A program made the translations under genes and the position numbers. From contig CP051526.1 in the NCBI GenBank assembly GCA_050916045.1, forward strand, positions 1,248,001 through 1,312,000: 64,000 nucleotides of DNA. The letters are read 5' to 3'. The DNA is from Tepidisphaera sp. Its GTDB lineage: Bacteria > Planctomycetota > Phycisphaerae > Phycisphaerales > UBA1924. This document shows positions 9,513-18,640 of the stretch, one piece after another. Every line of letters starts with the position of its first letter. The stretch's first letter is position 1. The notes beneath the pieces are model-generated. The model worked only from the letters and a program-made list of their open reading frames with translations, did not search any database and had not been told where the DNA came from.

Positions 9513-10100
9513 ATGACCACACCTTCCGTCCCATCCACCCGCCCCGTCCGGGCCTTCATCGGCCTGGGCGGCAATCTCGCCGGCACGCTCGGCGACGTCG
9601 CGAGCACCCTGCGGGCGGCCCTCGACCGGCTTCACGCGGCTCCCGGGGTGCGGGTGGTGGCTGTCTCGTCCCTCTACCGCACGGCCCCCGTGGGGCCGGT
9701 CGCCCAGCCCGATTTCCTCAACGCCGCCGCCGAGATCGCGACGGACCTGGACGCCCGAATCCTGCTGACGACCCTGCTGGCGGTCGAACGACTGGCGGGG
9801 CGCGATCGGTCCGTGGGCCCGCGGTTTGGGCCGCGTCCGCTTGATCTGGACCTTCTGATCTACGGCGACGCGATCATCCGAGAAGCCGATCTCGAGGTCC
9901 CGCACCCGCGCATGACGCAGCGGCGGTTCGTCCTGGAGCCGCTCGCGGAGATCGCCTCCGACCTGGTCATCCCCGGCACCGGAGAGGCGGCTTGCGTGTG
10001 GCGCGAGCGTGCGAAAGCGGGCGGCGACCGCGTGGCGAGAGAGCCCGGCGACTGGATTACGCCCCCGGACGCTTGGAGATCCGGCGGCACGCTTCGATGA
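9513..10100 (+). CDS. folK: 2-amino-4-hydroxy-6-hydroxymethyldihydropteridine diphosphokinase
   Basis: AFIGLGGNL, SSLYRTAP, QPDFLNAA, GPRPLDLDLL, PHPRMTQRRFVLEPLAEI. Confidence 0.95.
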   Translation: MTTPSVPSTRPVRAFIGLGGNLAGTLGDVASTLRAALDRLHAAPGVRVVAVSSLYRTAPVGPVAQPDFLNAAAEIATDLDARILLTTLLAVERLAGRDRSVGPRFGPRPLDLDLLIYGDAIIREADLEVPHPRMTQRRFVLEPLAEIASDLVIPGTGEAACVWRERAKAGGDRVAREPGDWITPPDAWRSGGTLR

Positions 10101-11034
10101 GGTCGGCGCCGCGCTCGATGGGCGTCTGAAGCACGGACGTGCACCCTTCGAACTGCGGGTCGTCGGGCCGGACGCCCGGCGGACGGAACGCGATGATCGG
10201 TACCGTGCACCCTTCGCTCCTGAGCGTCGCGGCCACCGAGCCAGATCCTGTATCGAGCACGATCGCGCTGTAGGGCACGCCGACGATCGCGGAGTCAGAG
10301 AGGCACTCGGCCGTCGCCGGGCCCGCCGTCGCCGCATCCACGAGCGCCCCGGCGCTCGTGAGCCAGTCGTGCATGACGTCGCGAGAGAGCCCCGAGGGCC
10401 CGACGATCAGGATACTCCGCCCCGTCAACGGCAGCGCGGTGCGCGGCTCGCGTACACCCTGCCTTGCTGCGCAGAGATCGCAGAACTCAACCTCGCGAGA
10501 GATGAAATCCGCGACGAGTTCGAGCGAGTCGACGTCTTCGGCCGTGAACCTGCGTTCCCGCGTGTCGCGGACGCAGACCGCTCCGATCACCTCGCCTGTG
10601 GAGGCAAGGATCGGAACGCCGACGAACGCCACGCAGCCGGAGGCATTCGCTTCCCGGGTCTTTTCCGCGCACCCCGCCCGGGAGACGTTTCCGAGCACCA
10701 GCGGCTTGCCGCTCATCATGACGGTCGCGGCCAGAGAGCTCGATCGGTCGAAGGTCGCGACCTCGATCACCGGACTCCCGGTGCATCTCGTGTAATACTC
10801 CCACGACAGCATGATCGACGCGCTCGCCGCGGCCACGGAGCGAGCGGCGAGGGTAGCGAACTGCGCCACGCTCGCGGCCGTGCCCCTCGGTACGGCTTTC
10901 GACGTCGACTCGCCCCCCGCTCGTGCCGAAGCCGGGTCGAGAGCCTGCAGAGCAATCTCTCCCAGGGTGAGCTTCGTGTTGACGGGCGATGTGGTCATGG
11001 CTTGGTCGAGGCCTACTGCCGCGCCATCTGACAT
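10057..11034 (-). CDS. GAF domain protein with degenerate C-terminal receiver-like domain
   Basis: GAF motifs FVGVPILASTGEVIGAVCVRDTRERRFTAEDVDSL, then receiver-like ILIVGPS...YSAIVLD...PIIAF. Start may be 10998. Confidence 0.7.
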   Translation of the reverse strand: MSDGAAVGLDQAMTTSPVNTKLTLGEIALQALDPASARAGGESTSKAVPRGTAASVAQFATLAARSVAAASASIMLSWEYYTRCTGSPVIEVATFDRSSSLAATVMMSGKPLVLGNVSRAGCAEKTREANASGCVAFVGVPILASTGEVIGAVCVRDTRERRFTAEDVDSLELVADFISREVEFCDLCAARQGVREPRTALPLTGRSILIVGPSGLSRDVMHDWLTSAGALVDAATAGPATAECLSDSAIVGVPYSAIVLDTGSGSVAATLRSEGCTVPIIAFRPPGVRPDDPQFEGCTSVLQTPIERGADLIEACRRISKRPGA

Positions 11035-11092
11035 CGACCATTGGTTCTGCCCGCGAGAGAGGGTGGATTCCTCAGTTCAGGCGTGAATGCCA

Positions 11093-14000
11093 TCAGTTCA
11101 CGCCGATCGCCGCGGCGTCCCGGTCCGAGAGCTTGGCCCCGTCGGACCGAACCTTCACCGTCCCGTCGCGACGCCACGAACGCTCGCACTTTTCAAAGCC
11201 GCGCTTCTGCACATCCTCGACCTTGATCGCTGTCGCTTTCGCGTCAATCCAGACCTTGCTGACGCCCAGAAGGTCCGCGAGATCGACCGGATCGAATCGT
11301 CCGAGCGAGCCGTCGGCATCCGGGAGCGTGACGCCAAGATCCAGCGGATTCTCGACGCTCAGGGCTTTGCGCTCGACTTCGATGGCGGCGAGCGCTGCGC
11401 TCCGCGCCTTCGAGACCGACGCCCAACCCGCATCGCAGCCCGCTCCGAACCCGGGCTTGTCCGCGCCGCCGAGGAACTCGGCGAGGTGCACGCAGACGGT
11501 CGCGTCCTTGGCGTCGACTCGGTGAAGCTCGCGGAACGCTTCGTCCGCCGTGTGGCAGAGCACCGGCGCGAGCAGACGGCACAGCCCGTCCGTGAGATTC
11601 CAGAGCGTCGCTTGCGTCTGCCGACGGCGCGGCGCATCCTTCGCGTCGCAGTAAAGCCGATCCTTCACCGCGCTGAGGTAGACCGCGCTCAGCGTGTCAT
11701 TGCAGAAGTCGTAAAGCGACTGCTGCGCCGTGCGGAAGTCGAACTCCTCGTAGGATTTGCGGACCTTGGCCGACACGGTCTCAAACTCCGCGAGCACCCA
11801 GGCGTCGAGGCTGGTGCCGCTCGCCGGCAACGCCGGACGCGCGCCGCTCTCGACCTTGAAGTCGTCGAGGTTGCTGAGCATGAAGCGGATGGTGTTGCGG
11901 ACCTTGCGGTAGCTTTCGCCGAGCTCGGCGAAGAGGCCCAGGTCGGCTTTGATGTCGTTCTCGAACGGCAGGCTCGCGACCCACCAGCGCATGACATCCA
12001 TACCGAACTCGTTGCAGAGGGATTCGACCTCGTAACGAGCGGCGTCCGGACGAGACTTGCTCAGCTTGCGGCCGTCCTTGTCGACGATGAACCCGTGCGT
12101 CAGAAGCGTCTTGAATGGCGGGATGCCCGTCGCGCCCAGCGCATTCAGAAGCGACGACTGGAACCACCCGCGGTGCTGGTCGGAGCCTTCGAGATAAAGA
12201 TCCACCGGGTAGCCGAGCCCGCGCTCCCGCATGCAGCCCGCCCACGTGCTTCCGGACTCGAACCAGACGTCGATGATGTCCCCGCCCTTGCGGAAAGAAG
12301 CCACGGAATCACGAAGCGACGAAGCCACAGCGGGAGGGCAATCCGGATCGGCCTTCGGGTCGTAGTACTTGAGCAGCTCCTCCGGGCCCGCCGAGAACCA
12401 GATGTCCGTGCCCTTCTCGCGCACGAGCTTGGCCACCGCGCGGACCGAAGCCGCCGTCATGAACGTAGATCCGTCCGGCAGGATGAACGCCGGGATCGGC
12501 ATGCCCCACGCACGCTGACGCGAGATGCACCAGTCCGGGCGCGACTCGAGCATGCCGCGCATGCGGTTGCGGCCCCATTCCGGAACAAACTTGACCACGC
12601 CCGACCGCGGATCGGTCTGTTTGAGGGCGAGATCGCGCAAGCTGCCCTCCCACTGGTCGATCTTGCGGTCCACGCTCACGAACCACTGGTGCGTGCAGCG
12701 GAAGATGACGGGGGTTTTGCTCCGCCAGTCGTGCGGGTAGCTGTGGCTGAACTTGTGGCTGAAGAACAAGTGGCCGGAGTTCTTGAGGTGCTGGGCGACC
12801 TCGTCATTGGCTTTCCAGATGAGCTTGCCCTGAAGCCACTGCGGCACGGTGTCGTCGTATGTGCCGTCGCCCTTCACCGGGCAGTACGACGGCAGCCCGA
12901 CGGCCTGGCCCGTCTGGTAGTCCTCGGTGCCGTGGCCGGGAGCGGTGTGCACGAGGCCCGTGCCGTCCTCGAGCGTGACATACTCCGCGCCGACGATCGT
13001 GTGGATCGGCGCATCCTCGCGGACTTTCTCGCGGGAGCGGAACGCTTCGGAACGCGAGCCCTCGGTCGCGGCGACGAACGGATGGCGGTACTTGAGGCCG
13101 ATGAGCTTGGAGCCCGGGCAGGTCGCGAGGACCACGAACTGCTCGGCTTTGTGCTCGCCGGTGGGCATCTTCATCACGCGAGCGACGGCGTCGGCGGCGA
13201 GGACGGTGACGTTGCCGTCGACCCAGACGCAGGCGTACTCAAACTTCGGGTTCACCGCGATCGCGAGGTTCGCCGGGAGCGTCCACGGCGTCGTCGTCCA
13301 GATCATGAACGACGGGCGGACCATCGGCCGCGTGCCGGGGAGCGGGACGCGCGAGGAAGCGGCGTCGGTCGGGCCGGGGATGTGCTCGGCGTCGTCGAGT
13401 TCTTCGGTTTCCTTCAGGCCGAAGGCGTCGTAGACAGCGTCGAGGTCGTCGGCTTCAAAGTCGACGTAGACCGAGAGGTCCTCGCGGTCCTGGTATTCGA
13501 GTTCGGCTTCGGCGAGCGCGGTCTCGTTGGCGATCGACCAGTGGACGGGCTTGAGGGCGCGGTAGACGAGGCCCTGCTTGCAGAGGTCGGCGAGGACCTC
13601 GAGCGTGGCGCCCTCGAACGAAGGCTGAAGCGTGAGGTAGGGGTGGTCGTAGTCGGCGAGGGTGAGGAGACGCTCCATCTGGCCGCGCTGGAGCTTGACG
13701 TACTTCTCGGCGTACGTCTGGCACTCTTTGCGGACGATGGTCTTGCGCTGGTCGTCGGGAAGCGTCGCGAGCTTGGCGAGCTTGCCCTTCTCCTGCATCT
13801 CGGTCATCACCTTGTGCTCGATGGGCAAGCCGTGCGTGTCCCAGCCGGGGACGTACGGGCAGTCAAAGCCCATCATCGAGCGGGTGCGGACGACGAAGTC
13901 CTTGAGGCACTTGTTGAGGAGGTGGCCGAGGTGGATGTTGCCGTTGGCGTAGGGGGGGCCGTCGTGGAAGACGTACTTGGGCTTGCCCTTGGCGGCTTCG

Positions 14001-14179
14001 CGGAGCTTGTCGTAGACCTTGATGGCCTGCCAGCGCTTGATGGAAGCGGGCTCGTTCTGCACGAGATTGGCTTTCATGGGGAAAGCGGTCTTCGGCAGGT
14101 TGAGGGTGTCTTTGAGGCTCGGACCCGCGGGTTTGGAAGCGGCGGGCTGGGCGGGCGACGGGGTGGGGGGGTTGGACAT
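11093..14179 (-). CDS. ileS: Isoleucine--tRNA ligase (type 1)
   Basis: TLNLPKTAFPMKANL, HDGPPYANGNIHLGH, WTTTPWTLP, GTGLVHTAPGHG, DWCISRQRAWG, LEGSDQHRGWF. Confidence 0.98.
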   Translation of the reverse strand: MSNPPTPSPAQPAASKPAGPSLKDTLNLPKTAFPMKANLVQNEPASIKRWQAIKVYDKLREAAKGKPKYVFHDGPPYANGNIHLGHLLNKCLKDFVVRTRSMMGFDCPYVPGWDTHGLPIEHKVMTEMQEKGKLAKLATLPDDQRKTIVRKECQTYAEKYVKLQRGQMERLLTLADYDHPYLTLQPSFEGATLEVLADLCKQGLVYRALKPVHWSIANETALAEAELEYQDREDLSVYVDFEADDLDAVYDAFGLKETEELDDAEHIPGPTDAASSRVPLPGTRPMVRPSFMIWTTTPWTLPANLAIAVNPKFEYACVWVDGNVTVLAADAVARVMKMPTGEHKAEQFVVLATCPGSKLIGLKYRHPFVAATEGSRSEAFRSREKVREDAPIHTIVGAEYVTLEDGTGLVHTAPGHGTEDYQTGQAVGLPSYCPVKGDGTYDDTVPQWLQGKLIWKANDEVAQHLKNSGHLFFSHKFSHSYPHDWRSKTPVIFRCTHQWFVSVDRKIDQWEGSLRDLALKQTDPRSGVVKFVPEWGRNRMRGMLESRPDWCISRQRAWGMPIPAFILPDGSTFMTAASVRAVAKLVREKGTDIWFSAGPEELLKYYDPKADPDCPPAVASSLRDSVASFRKGGDIIDVWFESGSTWAGCMRERGLGYPVDLYLEGSDQHRGWFQSSLLNALGATGIPPFKTLLTHGFIVDKDGRKLSKSRPDAARYEVESLCNEFGMDVMRWWVASLPFENDIKADLGLFAELGESYRKVRNTIRFMLSNLDDFKVESGARPALPASGTSLDAWVLAEFETVSAKVRKSYEEFDFRTAQQSLYDFCNDTLSAVYLSAVKDRLYCDAKDAPRRRQTQATLWNLTDGLCRLLAPVLCHTADEAFRELHRVDAKDATVCVHLAEFLGGADKPGFGAGCDAGWASVSKARSAALAAIEVERKALSVENPLDLGVTLPDADGSLGRFDPVDLADLLGVSKVWIDAKATAIKVEDVQKRGFEKCERSWRRDGTVKVRSDGAKLSDRDAAAIGVN

Positions 14180-14295
14180 ATTGGCTTTCGTGAGGATCAG
14201 GCGCCGCCGCGGGTGCCTTTGGGGCTTGGCACGGCAGGACCGAGTTTAGGTTGGGATTGGGGGATGAGCGGCCGAACATTGAGGGCTCGGCGGAA

Positions 14296-14344
14296 ACGAA
14301 GACAAGCCCCGCGAGCGGCCGAAAGGCGCTCAGCAGGGCGTTGT
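14296..14344 (-). terminator. Hairpin/terminator downstream of the DUF2617-like gene
   Basis: Imperfect inverted repeat ACAAGCCC-CGCGAGCGGCC-GAAA-GGCGCTC-AGCAGGGCGTTGT, followed by a T-rich run on the minus strand. Confidence 0.45.
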
Positions 14345-14413
14345 AATTCGCGAGATGATCGCAAACGTCATCATCGGGCTGATTCTAGCCCGAACGGGCG
14401 GGATGCACGCCGA

Positions 14414-14956
14414 TCACGCCAATTCGAAGATTGACTGCGTCCGGATGACGAGCGAGCCGGTGGCGATGAGGTGGTACGCCTGCGCGTGGATCTGCTTCTG
14501 CTGGCGCTGGATCGAGACCATGCTGAGGCAGCGGCCGGTCTCGTCGGACCAGTGGTGCATCACAGGGTTTTCTTCCTTCGCGAGGTCGAGCATTTCGCGG
14601 TGGACATCGGCGAAGAGGTTGTCCGCAAGCTGTTCGGTCTGCACGCTGAGCATGTAGGTGAGGCCGCCGGGCGCGAACGTGTGCTCGAACTCATGCTCGC
14701 CCGCTGCGAGAAACGCGGAGAGGACGCCGGCGGTGGGGAGGTTGCGGGTCGAGTCGGCAAAAAGCTCGGTTGCGCTCTGGCCGCCGGCGGAGAACCGCAG
14801 GGCGTGCGAACCGGGCATCAGCCAGGCTTCGAGCTCGTACTTGTCACCCTTGACGACCCGCTTGGTGCGCACGGGCAGCAGCTCCGGGTGGAGCGGGCGG
14901 TCGTAGAGCAGGGCCTGATGGGTGAGGACAGGATTCGGTCTGGTTGGAACGTTCAT
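14414..14956 (-). CDS. DUF2617-like conserved protein
   Basis: LYDRPLHPELL and related motifs recalled for planctomycete DUF2617 proteins; ATG at 14956. The N-terminal extension of the ORF track overlaps a structured intergenic region. Confidence 0.6.
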   Translation of the reverse strand: MNVPTRPNPVLTHQALLYDRPLHPELLPVRTKRVVKGDKYELEAWLMPGSHALRFSAGGQSATELFADSTRNLPTAGVLSAFLAAGEHEFEHTFAPGGLTYMLSVQTEQLADNLFADVHREMLDLAKEENPVMHHWSDETGRCLSMVSIQRQQKQIHAQAYHLIATGSLVIRTQSIFELA

Positions 14957-14969
14957 GTCTTTTCCGGTT

Positions 14970-15200
14970 GGCGTCACCAATTCTGGTGATTCGCGTGGCG
15001 ATTCTCTCTCTCGCCCCGACGCTTTCCGACTCGCAGGGGTCGACCCGTTCGGGGTCGCTTCCTGCGTATTCCGGACCTTGGTGACGGCTCTCCTTCCGTC
15101 GCCAAGGGATCTCGTTGAGCCCCAGACCCCCCCCCAACTTCGCGCCTCAACGGGTGTGCCCGGTCGATAGATCCAAGGGTTTCCGGTTTCGCACTCCGGG
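14970..15200 (+). ncRNA. Candidate structured RNA / long structured leader
   Basis: Several consecutive stems (14974-14989, 15032-15066, 15076-15107, 15113-15152); mismatches resolve as G-U pairs on the + strand. Confidence 0.35.
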
Positions 15201-15249
15201 GACCGTTTGGATTCCGTCAACGCTGAACGTGTAACCGATCCGGGTCTAT

Positions 15250-17187
15250 ATGTCGCGCTTCCGACAAACTATCCACAATCTCTTGGGGTACTCTCCGCTT
15301 CGAAGGCCCGCTCGGTTCCTTCACGCGGACGCCACGATAGCCGAGAGTCACGATTTTTCCAAGCCCATCTTGGGTGTTGCGCGAAGGAATCCGGCGTTCA
15401 CCCCAGACGATGTTGGTCGGCTCTGGATCGCGTTGGGTGTCGTCTGTCCGATCGCAGAAGCTTCGCGATGGACAGAGCCCCTCGTCGCCGTTCTGCCTTC
15501 GTGCGGTCGCGCGGTGCTCGAAGAGGGATGGTCGGCGTTGGTCGGGGCCGGGGCGCACGAAGCGGCGCAGGCGATCGAGCCCAGGATCGGGCGTGCCCGT
15601 GCGATCGAGCTGGCTTGCGAACTGGCGGGCCGTTCGTCTTCCCAGGCGCGGTTGGCGGCGATCCAGTGGGTTGGAACGGGCGCGTGGGCCGAGTGCGATG
15701 GGGTGATCGTTCGCGGGCTGAGTGATCCGGAAGCCAAGGTCGCGTCGGCGGCCGATGCGGTGGTGAGGCAGATCGCGGAGCTTGCGTCGGCGGATGAGGT
15801 CGTTCGCAGCGCGGCACGCGGTCTCTTGACACGAGCTGTGGGTGAGTTTGAGCTTCATCAGTCACGCGAGGTCGCGGCCGCGGTGGTCGCGCTGAAGCGG
15901 CCGGGTGAAGATGACGAAGCCTGGAAGCGGCTTGCATCGGATGAATCCGGACGCATCGCTCTGACGCGGGCGATGCGGTCGGGTTCGCATGACGCCATCC
16001 GCATTCGGGCGTGGGAGACTCTGCCTGTGTCGTGGCTGACGCAAGCGGCGATGGACCGCCTCCGGCAGGCGTGCGGCGTGGAGGCCCACGCGGCTTTGCT
16101 TTCGCGCGGGCATCTGGTCCGGCGCGTCGTGCGGCGAGCGGCGATCCGTACGCGGCCCGAGCGAGAACAGTCGTTGCTCCCGACGGCGATGGTCCCGATG
16201 AACGCGGCGGTGCTGAACCGCATCGGCGAGTCGGCGTGCGCGGGCGTCGGGCGCGTGCTCGCGGGTTTGGATGCGGATGTCGGCTTGCGGGAGCGGTGGG
16301 GGCGTGCGGCGCTCGGCCATTCGAGCGGGCTGGTGCGATTCACCGCGTGGCGGGCGACGCCCCGGCGGACAGCGATCGATTACGCGTTCGACCGTGATGC
16401 CGGGATTGCGAGATCGGCGGCTTTGGCCGCGTGCGGGGAGTCCGGGCCCTGGCGGGCGCTCGTGCGGAGTGAGCACCCGGCCGTGCGGACGATTGCCGCG
16501 GACGAACTCGCCAAACTCGGCCTCAGTTGGATCGATCGTCCGGACGCGATCCTCGGCCTCAGGCGTCGCGCGACGCGCGAGCCGGCCGCGATGGAACGCG
16601 AATGGAAGCGGCGGTGGGAAGCGGCGGACACCCGAGAGCGGGTGACGCTCCTCAAACTCGCACGACGCGTCGGGCTCGCCGGGCGCGTGGCCGATGTCGC
16701 TTCTCGCGTGATCGATCCGGCGAGCGAGCCGGGGAGCGACGCGGCCAAGCTGACGGCGACGGCGGTCGCGTGTCTGGACGACTCGGACGCGGCTCGCGCG
16801 TGTCTGCACGCGGCGGACCCGAGGGTGCGGTCCAACGCGGCGGAAGCCATCGCGACTGAGCACGCGGGATCACTGATGGAACTCAAGAGCGACGCGAACC
16901 ACCGCGTGCGGGCGAGCGTGCTGCGGCGGCTTGCTGTCGCCGGCCTGCTCCCGGCAGCTTCGCTGCTTGCGGAACTGATCGAGATGAGCGAGCGCGACGA
17001 GCAAACCCACCGGCTTGCGGCGGCTTGGCTTGTGTCGCGTGTCGCGGGCGTTGTCGATCCCGGTGCGGCGGCGGCGCTGGTTGAGCGAAGGCTTGGAACC
17101 GAAAGCGATGCAAGCGTGCGGGCGCGGCTGGCCGATGCGGCCCGGCGGTACGCGGGAAGCGTCAGCGTTCAGCGGGAGGCGGCATGA
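15250..17187 (+). CDS. HEAT/ARM-repeat-like alpha-helical protein
   Basis: HEAT-type motifs GLSDPEAKVA, LHAADPRVRSNAAEAI, LKSDANHRVRASV, LGTESDASVRAR. Start uncertain. Confidence 0.7.
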   Translation: MSRFRQTIHNLLGYSPLRRPARFLHADATIAESHDFSKPILGVARRNPAFTPDDVGRLWIALGVVCPIAEASRWTEPLVAVLPSCGRAVLEEGWSALVGAGAHEAAQAIEPRIGRARAIELACELAGRSSSQARLAAIQWVGTGAWAECDGVIVRGLSDPEAKVASAADAVVRQIAELASADEVVRSAARGLLTRAVGEFELHQSREVAAAVVALKRPGEDDEAWKRLASDESGRIALTRAMRSGSHDAIRIRAWETLPVSWLTQAAMDRLRQACGVEAHAALLSRGHLVRRVVRRAAIRTRPEREQSLLPTAMVPMNAAVLNRIGESACAGVGRVLAGLDADVGLRERWGRAALGHSSGLVRFTAWRATPRRTAIDYAFDRDAGIARSAALAACGESGPWRALVRSEHPAVRTIAADELAKLGLSWIDRPDAILGLRRRATREPAAMEREWKRRWEAADTRERVTLLKLARRVGLAGRVADVASRVIDPASEPGSDAAKLTATAVACLDDSDAARACLHAADPRVRSNAAEAIATEHAGSLMELKSDANHRVRASVLRRLAVAGLLPAASLLAELIEMSERDEQTHRLAAAWLVSRVAGVVDPGAAAALVERRLGTESDASVRARLADAARRYAGSVSVQREAA

Positions 17188-17510
17188 TGGGTTTGCTTGC
17201 GGAAGGTCCGATCCGGCTGATCTACGAGGATGGCGCGCGGATCGCGCCAGAAGCGTCCGTCTGGTGGCCCGCGTGGGCTCTCTGGGCGGGCGTCGCGGTG
17301 CTGGTGGTTCTGGCGGCGGCGATCCTTCGCCGGCGGCTGACGCGGTCAAGCGATCCGTACGACCGGCTTCTGAGCAGGTTGTGCGAAGCGACGGGCGTGA
17401 CGGCCGACGCACGAACGAAGCTTCTGCTCCGGGCGGGCGGCGATGCTCAGCGAGCGACGGGCATGATGCTGCTTGGCGCGATACGAGAGAGCGAACGGGT
17501 CAGTTCTTGA
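17184..17510 (+). CDS. Small single-TM hypothetical protein
   Basis: ATGA overlap with the HEAT gene, GGAGG SD, TM WALWAGVAVLVVLAAAIL followed by RRR. Confidence 0.55.
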   Translation: MMGLLAEGPIRLIYEDGARIAPEASVWWPAWALWAGVAVLVVLAAAILRRRLTRSSDPYDRLLSRLCEATGVTADARTKLLLRAGGDAQRATGMMLLGAIRESERVSS

Positions 17511-18567
17511 GCGCCGCTTTGAGCTGCGCGGCGTAGGAAGCGATGCCGTCAGCGGGCTTGATCGAGGGCTCCCAGCCCAGACCCGCTTTGTTCGCCGTGA
17601 CGTCCGCGCAGGTGTAGTCCTGATAGAACTTGCGGATGTCCGCGGGCATGTCGAAGTACTCGGTGGGGAGGTCGTTCTTTCCAAGTCCCAGCGCGGGCCG
17701 CAACGCGGCGATGATGTCGTTGAAGGAGGTCGCGACGCCGCTTCCGACGTTGTAGACGCCGGGGGTCGGCGCGGGCTTGCCGCCCAGGCCCGCCGCGGCC
17801 ATCGTGCAGGCGACGACGTCGTCGACGTGGACCTGGTCGCGGGCGTGCGATCCGTCGCGGAAGAGGCGCGGCGCCTCGCCGCGGAGCATGCGGGTCGCGA
17901 GCTGGTAGACCATCGAAGCCATCTTGCCCTTGCGGCTTTCGCCGGGGCCGAAGACGTTGAAGTAGCGGAGGCCGACGACATGCGGCGGTGACGGCAGGGT
18001 CGCGGCCAAGCGGCGGTGGTCGCACTCCATCAGCCACTTGCTGAACCCGTAGACGTTGTTCGGCGAGCCGGCCGCCTCGAGCGGGAAGGCTTTGCGGGAC
18101 GCGGCCTGCGGGGGCGTGCCGTAGACGGCGGCGCTGCTCGCGTAGACGAGCGGGACGTCCTTGCTGACGCACGCGTGCATCAGAGCCATCATGGGCGTGG
18201 TGTTGACGGCGAGCATCTCGGCTTCATCGGCGACGGTCGTGTCGGTGATGGCGCCCAGGTGGAAGAACGCGTCGATGTCGGCGGTTTCGAGGAGAGCTTC
18301 GAACTCAAAGTCCTCGATGGCGATGGGCAGGACGACGCCGGAGAAGGGCGGGAGGTCCTGGCGCTCGAAGGCTTCGACGATGTTGGCGAAGGAGCCCGAG
18401 CGGAAGTCGTCGATGATGATGAGCTCGGTGTCGGGGTCGCGTGCGACGAGGGCCGCGGCGAGATTGGAACCCACGAAACCGGCGCCGCCGGTGATGACGT
18501 AAAGCGGGCGCGGCTTGTGCTTTTCCTTGGCGGGGGTGCGCGAGCGCTCGTGGCGGTGGGTCTTCAT
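17500..18567 (-). CDS. hldD: ADP-L-glycero-D-manno-heptose 6-epimerase (NAD-dependent epimerase)
   Basis: ITGGAGFVGSNL, FHLGAITDTT, YASSAAVYG, NVYGFSK (YxxxK), LRYFNVFGPGESRKGKMASM. Confidence 0.85.
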   Translation of the reverse strand: MKTHRHERSRTPAKEKHKPRPLYVITGGAGFVGSNLAAALVARDPDTELIIIDDFRSGSFANIVEAFERQDLPPFSGVVLPIAIEDFEFEALLETADIDAFFHLGAITDTTVADEAEMLAVNTTPMMALMHACVSKDVPLVYASSAAVYGTPPQAASRKAFPLEAAGSPNNVYGFSKWLMECDHRRLAATLPSPPHVVGLRYFNVFGPGESRKGKMASMVYQLATRMLRGEAPRLFRDGSHARDQVHVDDVVACTMAAAGLGGKPAPTPGVYNVGSGVATSFNDIIAALRPALGLGKNDLPTEYFDMPADIRKFYQDYTCADVTANKAGLGWEPSIKPADGIASYAAQLKAALKN

Positions 18568-18640
18568 CCGCCGACTGTAGGGAGTTGCGGTTGCCGGGTG
18601 GGGGTGCCGGTCGGGCGGGCCGCCTCATCGGCGGAAGCGA

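Noticed and set aside
14180..14413. T-box riboswitch in the ileS leader
   Set aside because: No UGGNACC T-box motif or specifier stem on the minus strand; the hairpins are better explained as the upstream gene's terminator.
15050..15085. Resemblance to SRP RNA helix 8 (minus strand AAGGTCCGGAATACGCAGGAAGCG)
   Set aside because: A 5-nt insertion breaks the tetraloop motif, and the surrounding stems favour the + strand; kept only as an unnamed structured-RNA candidate.
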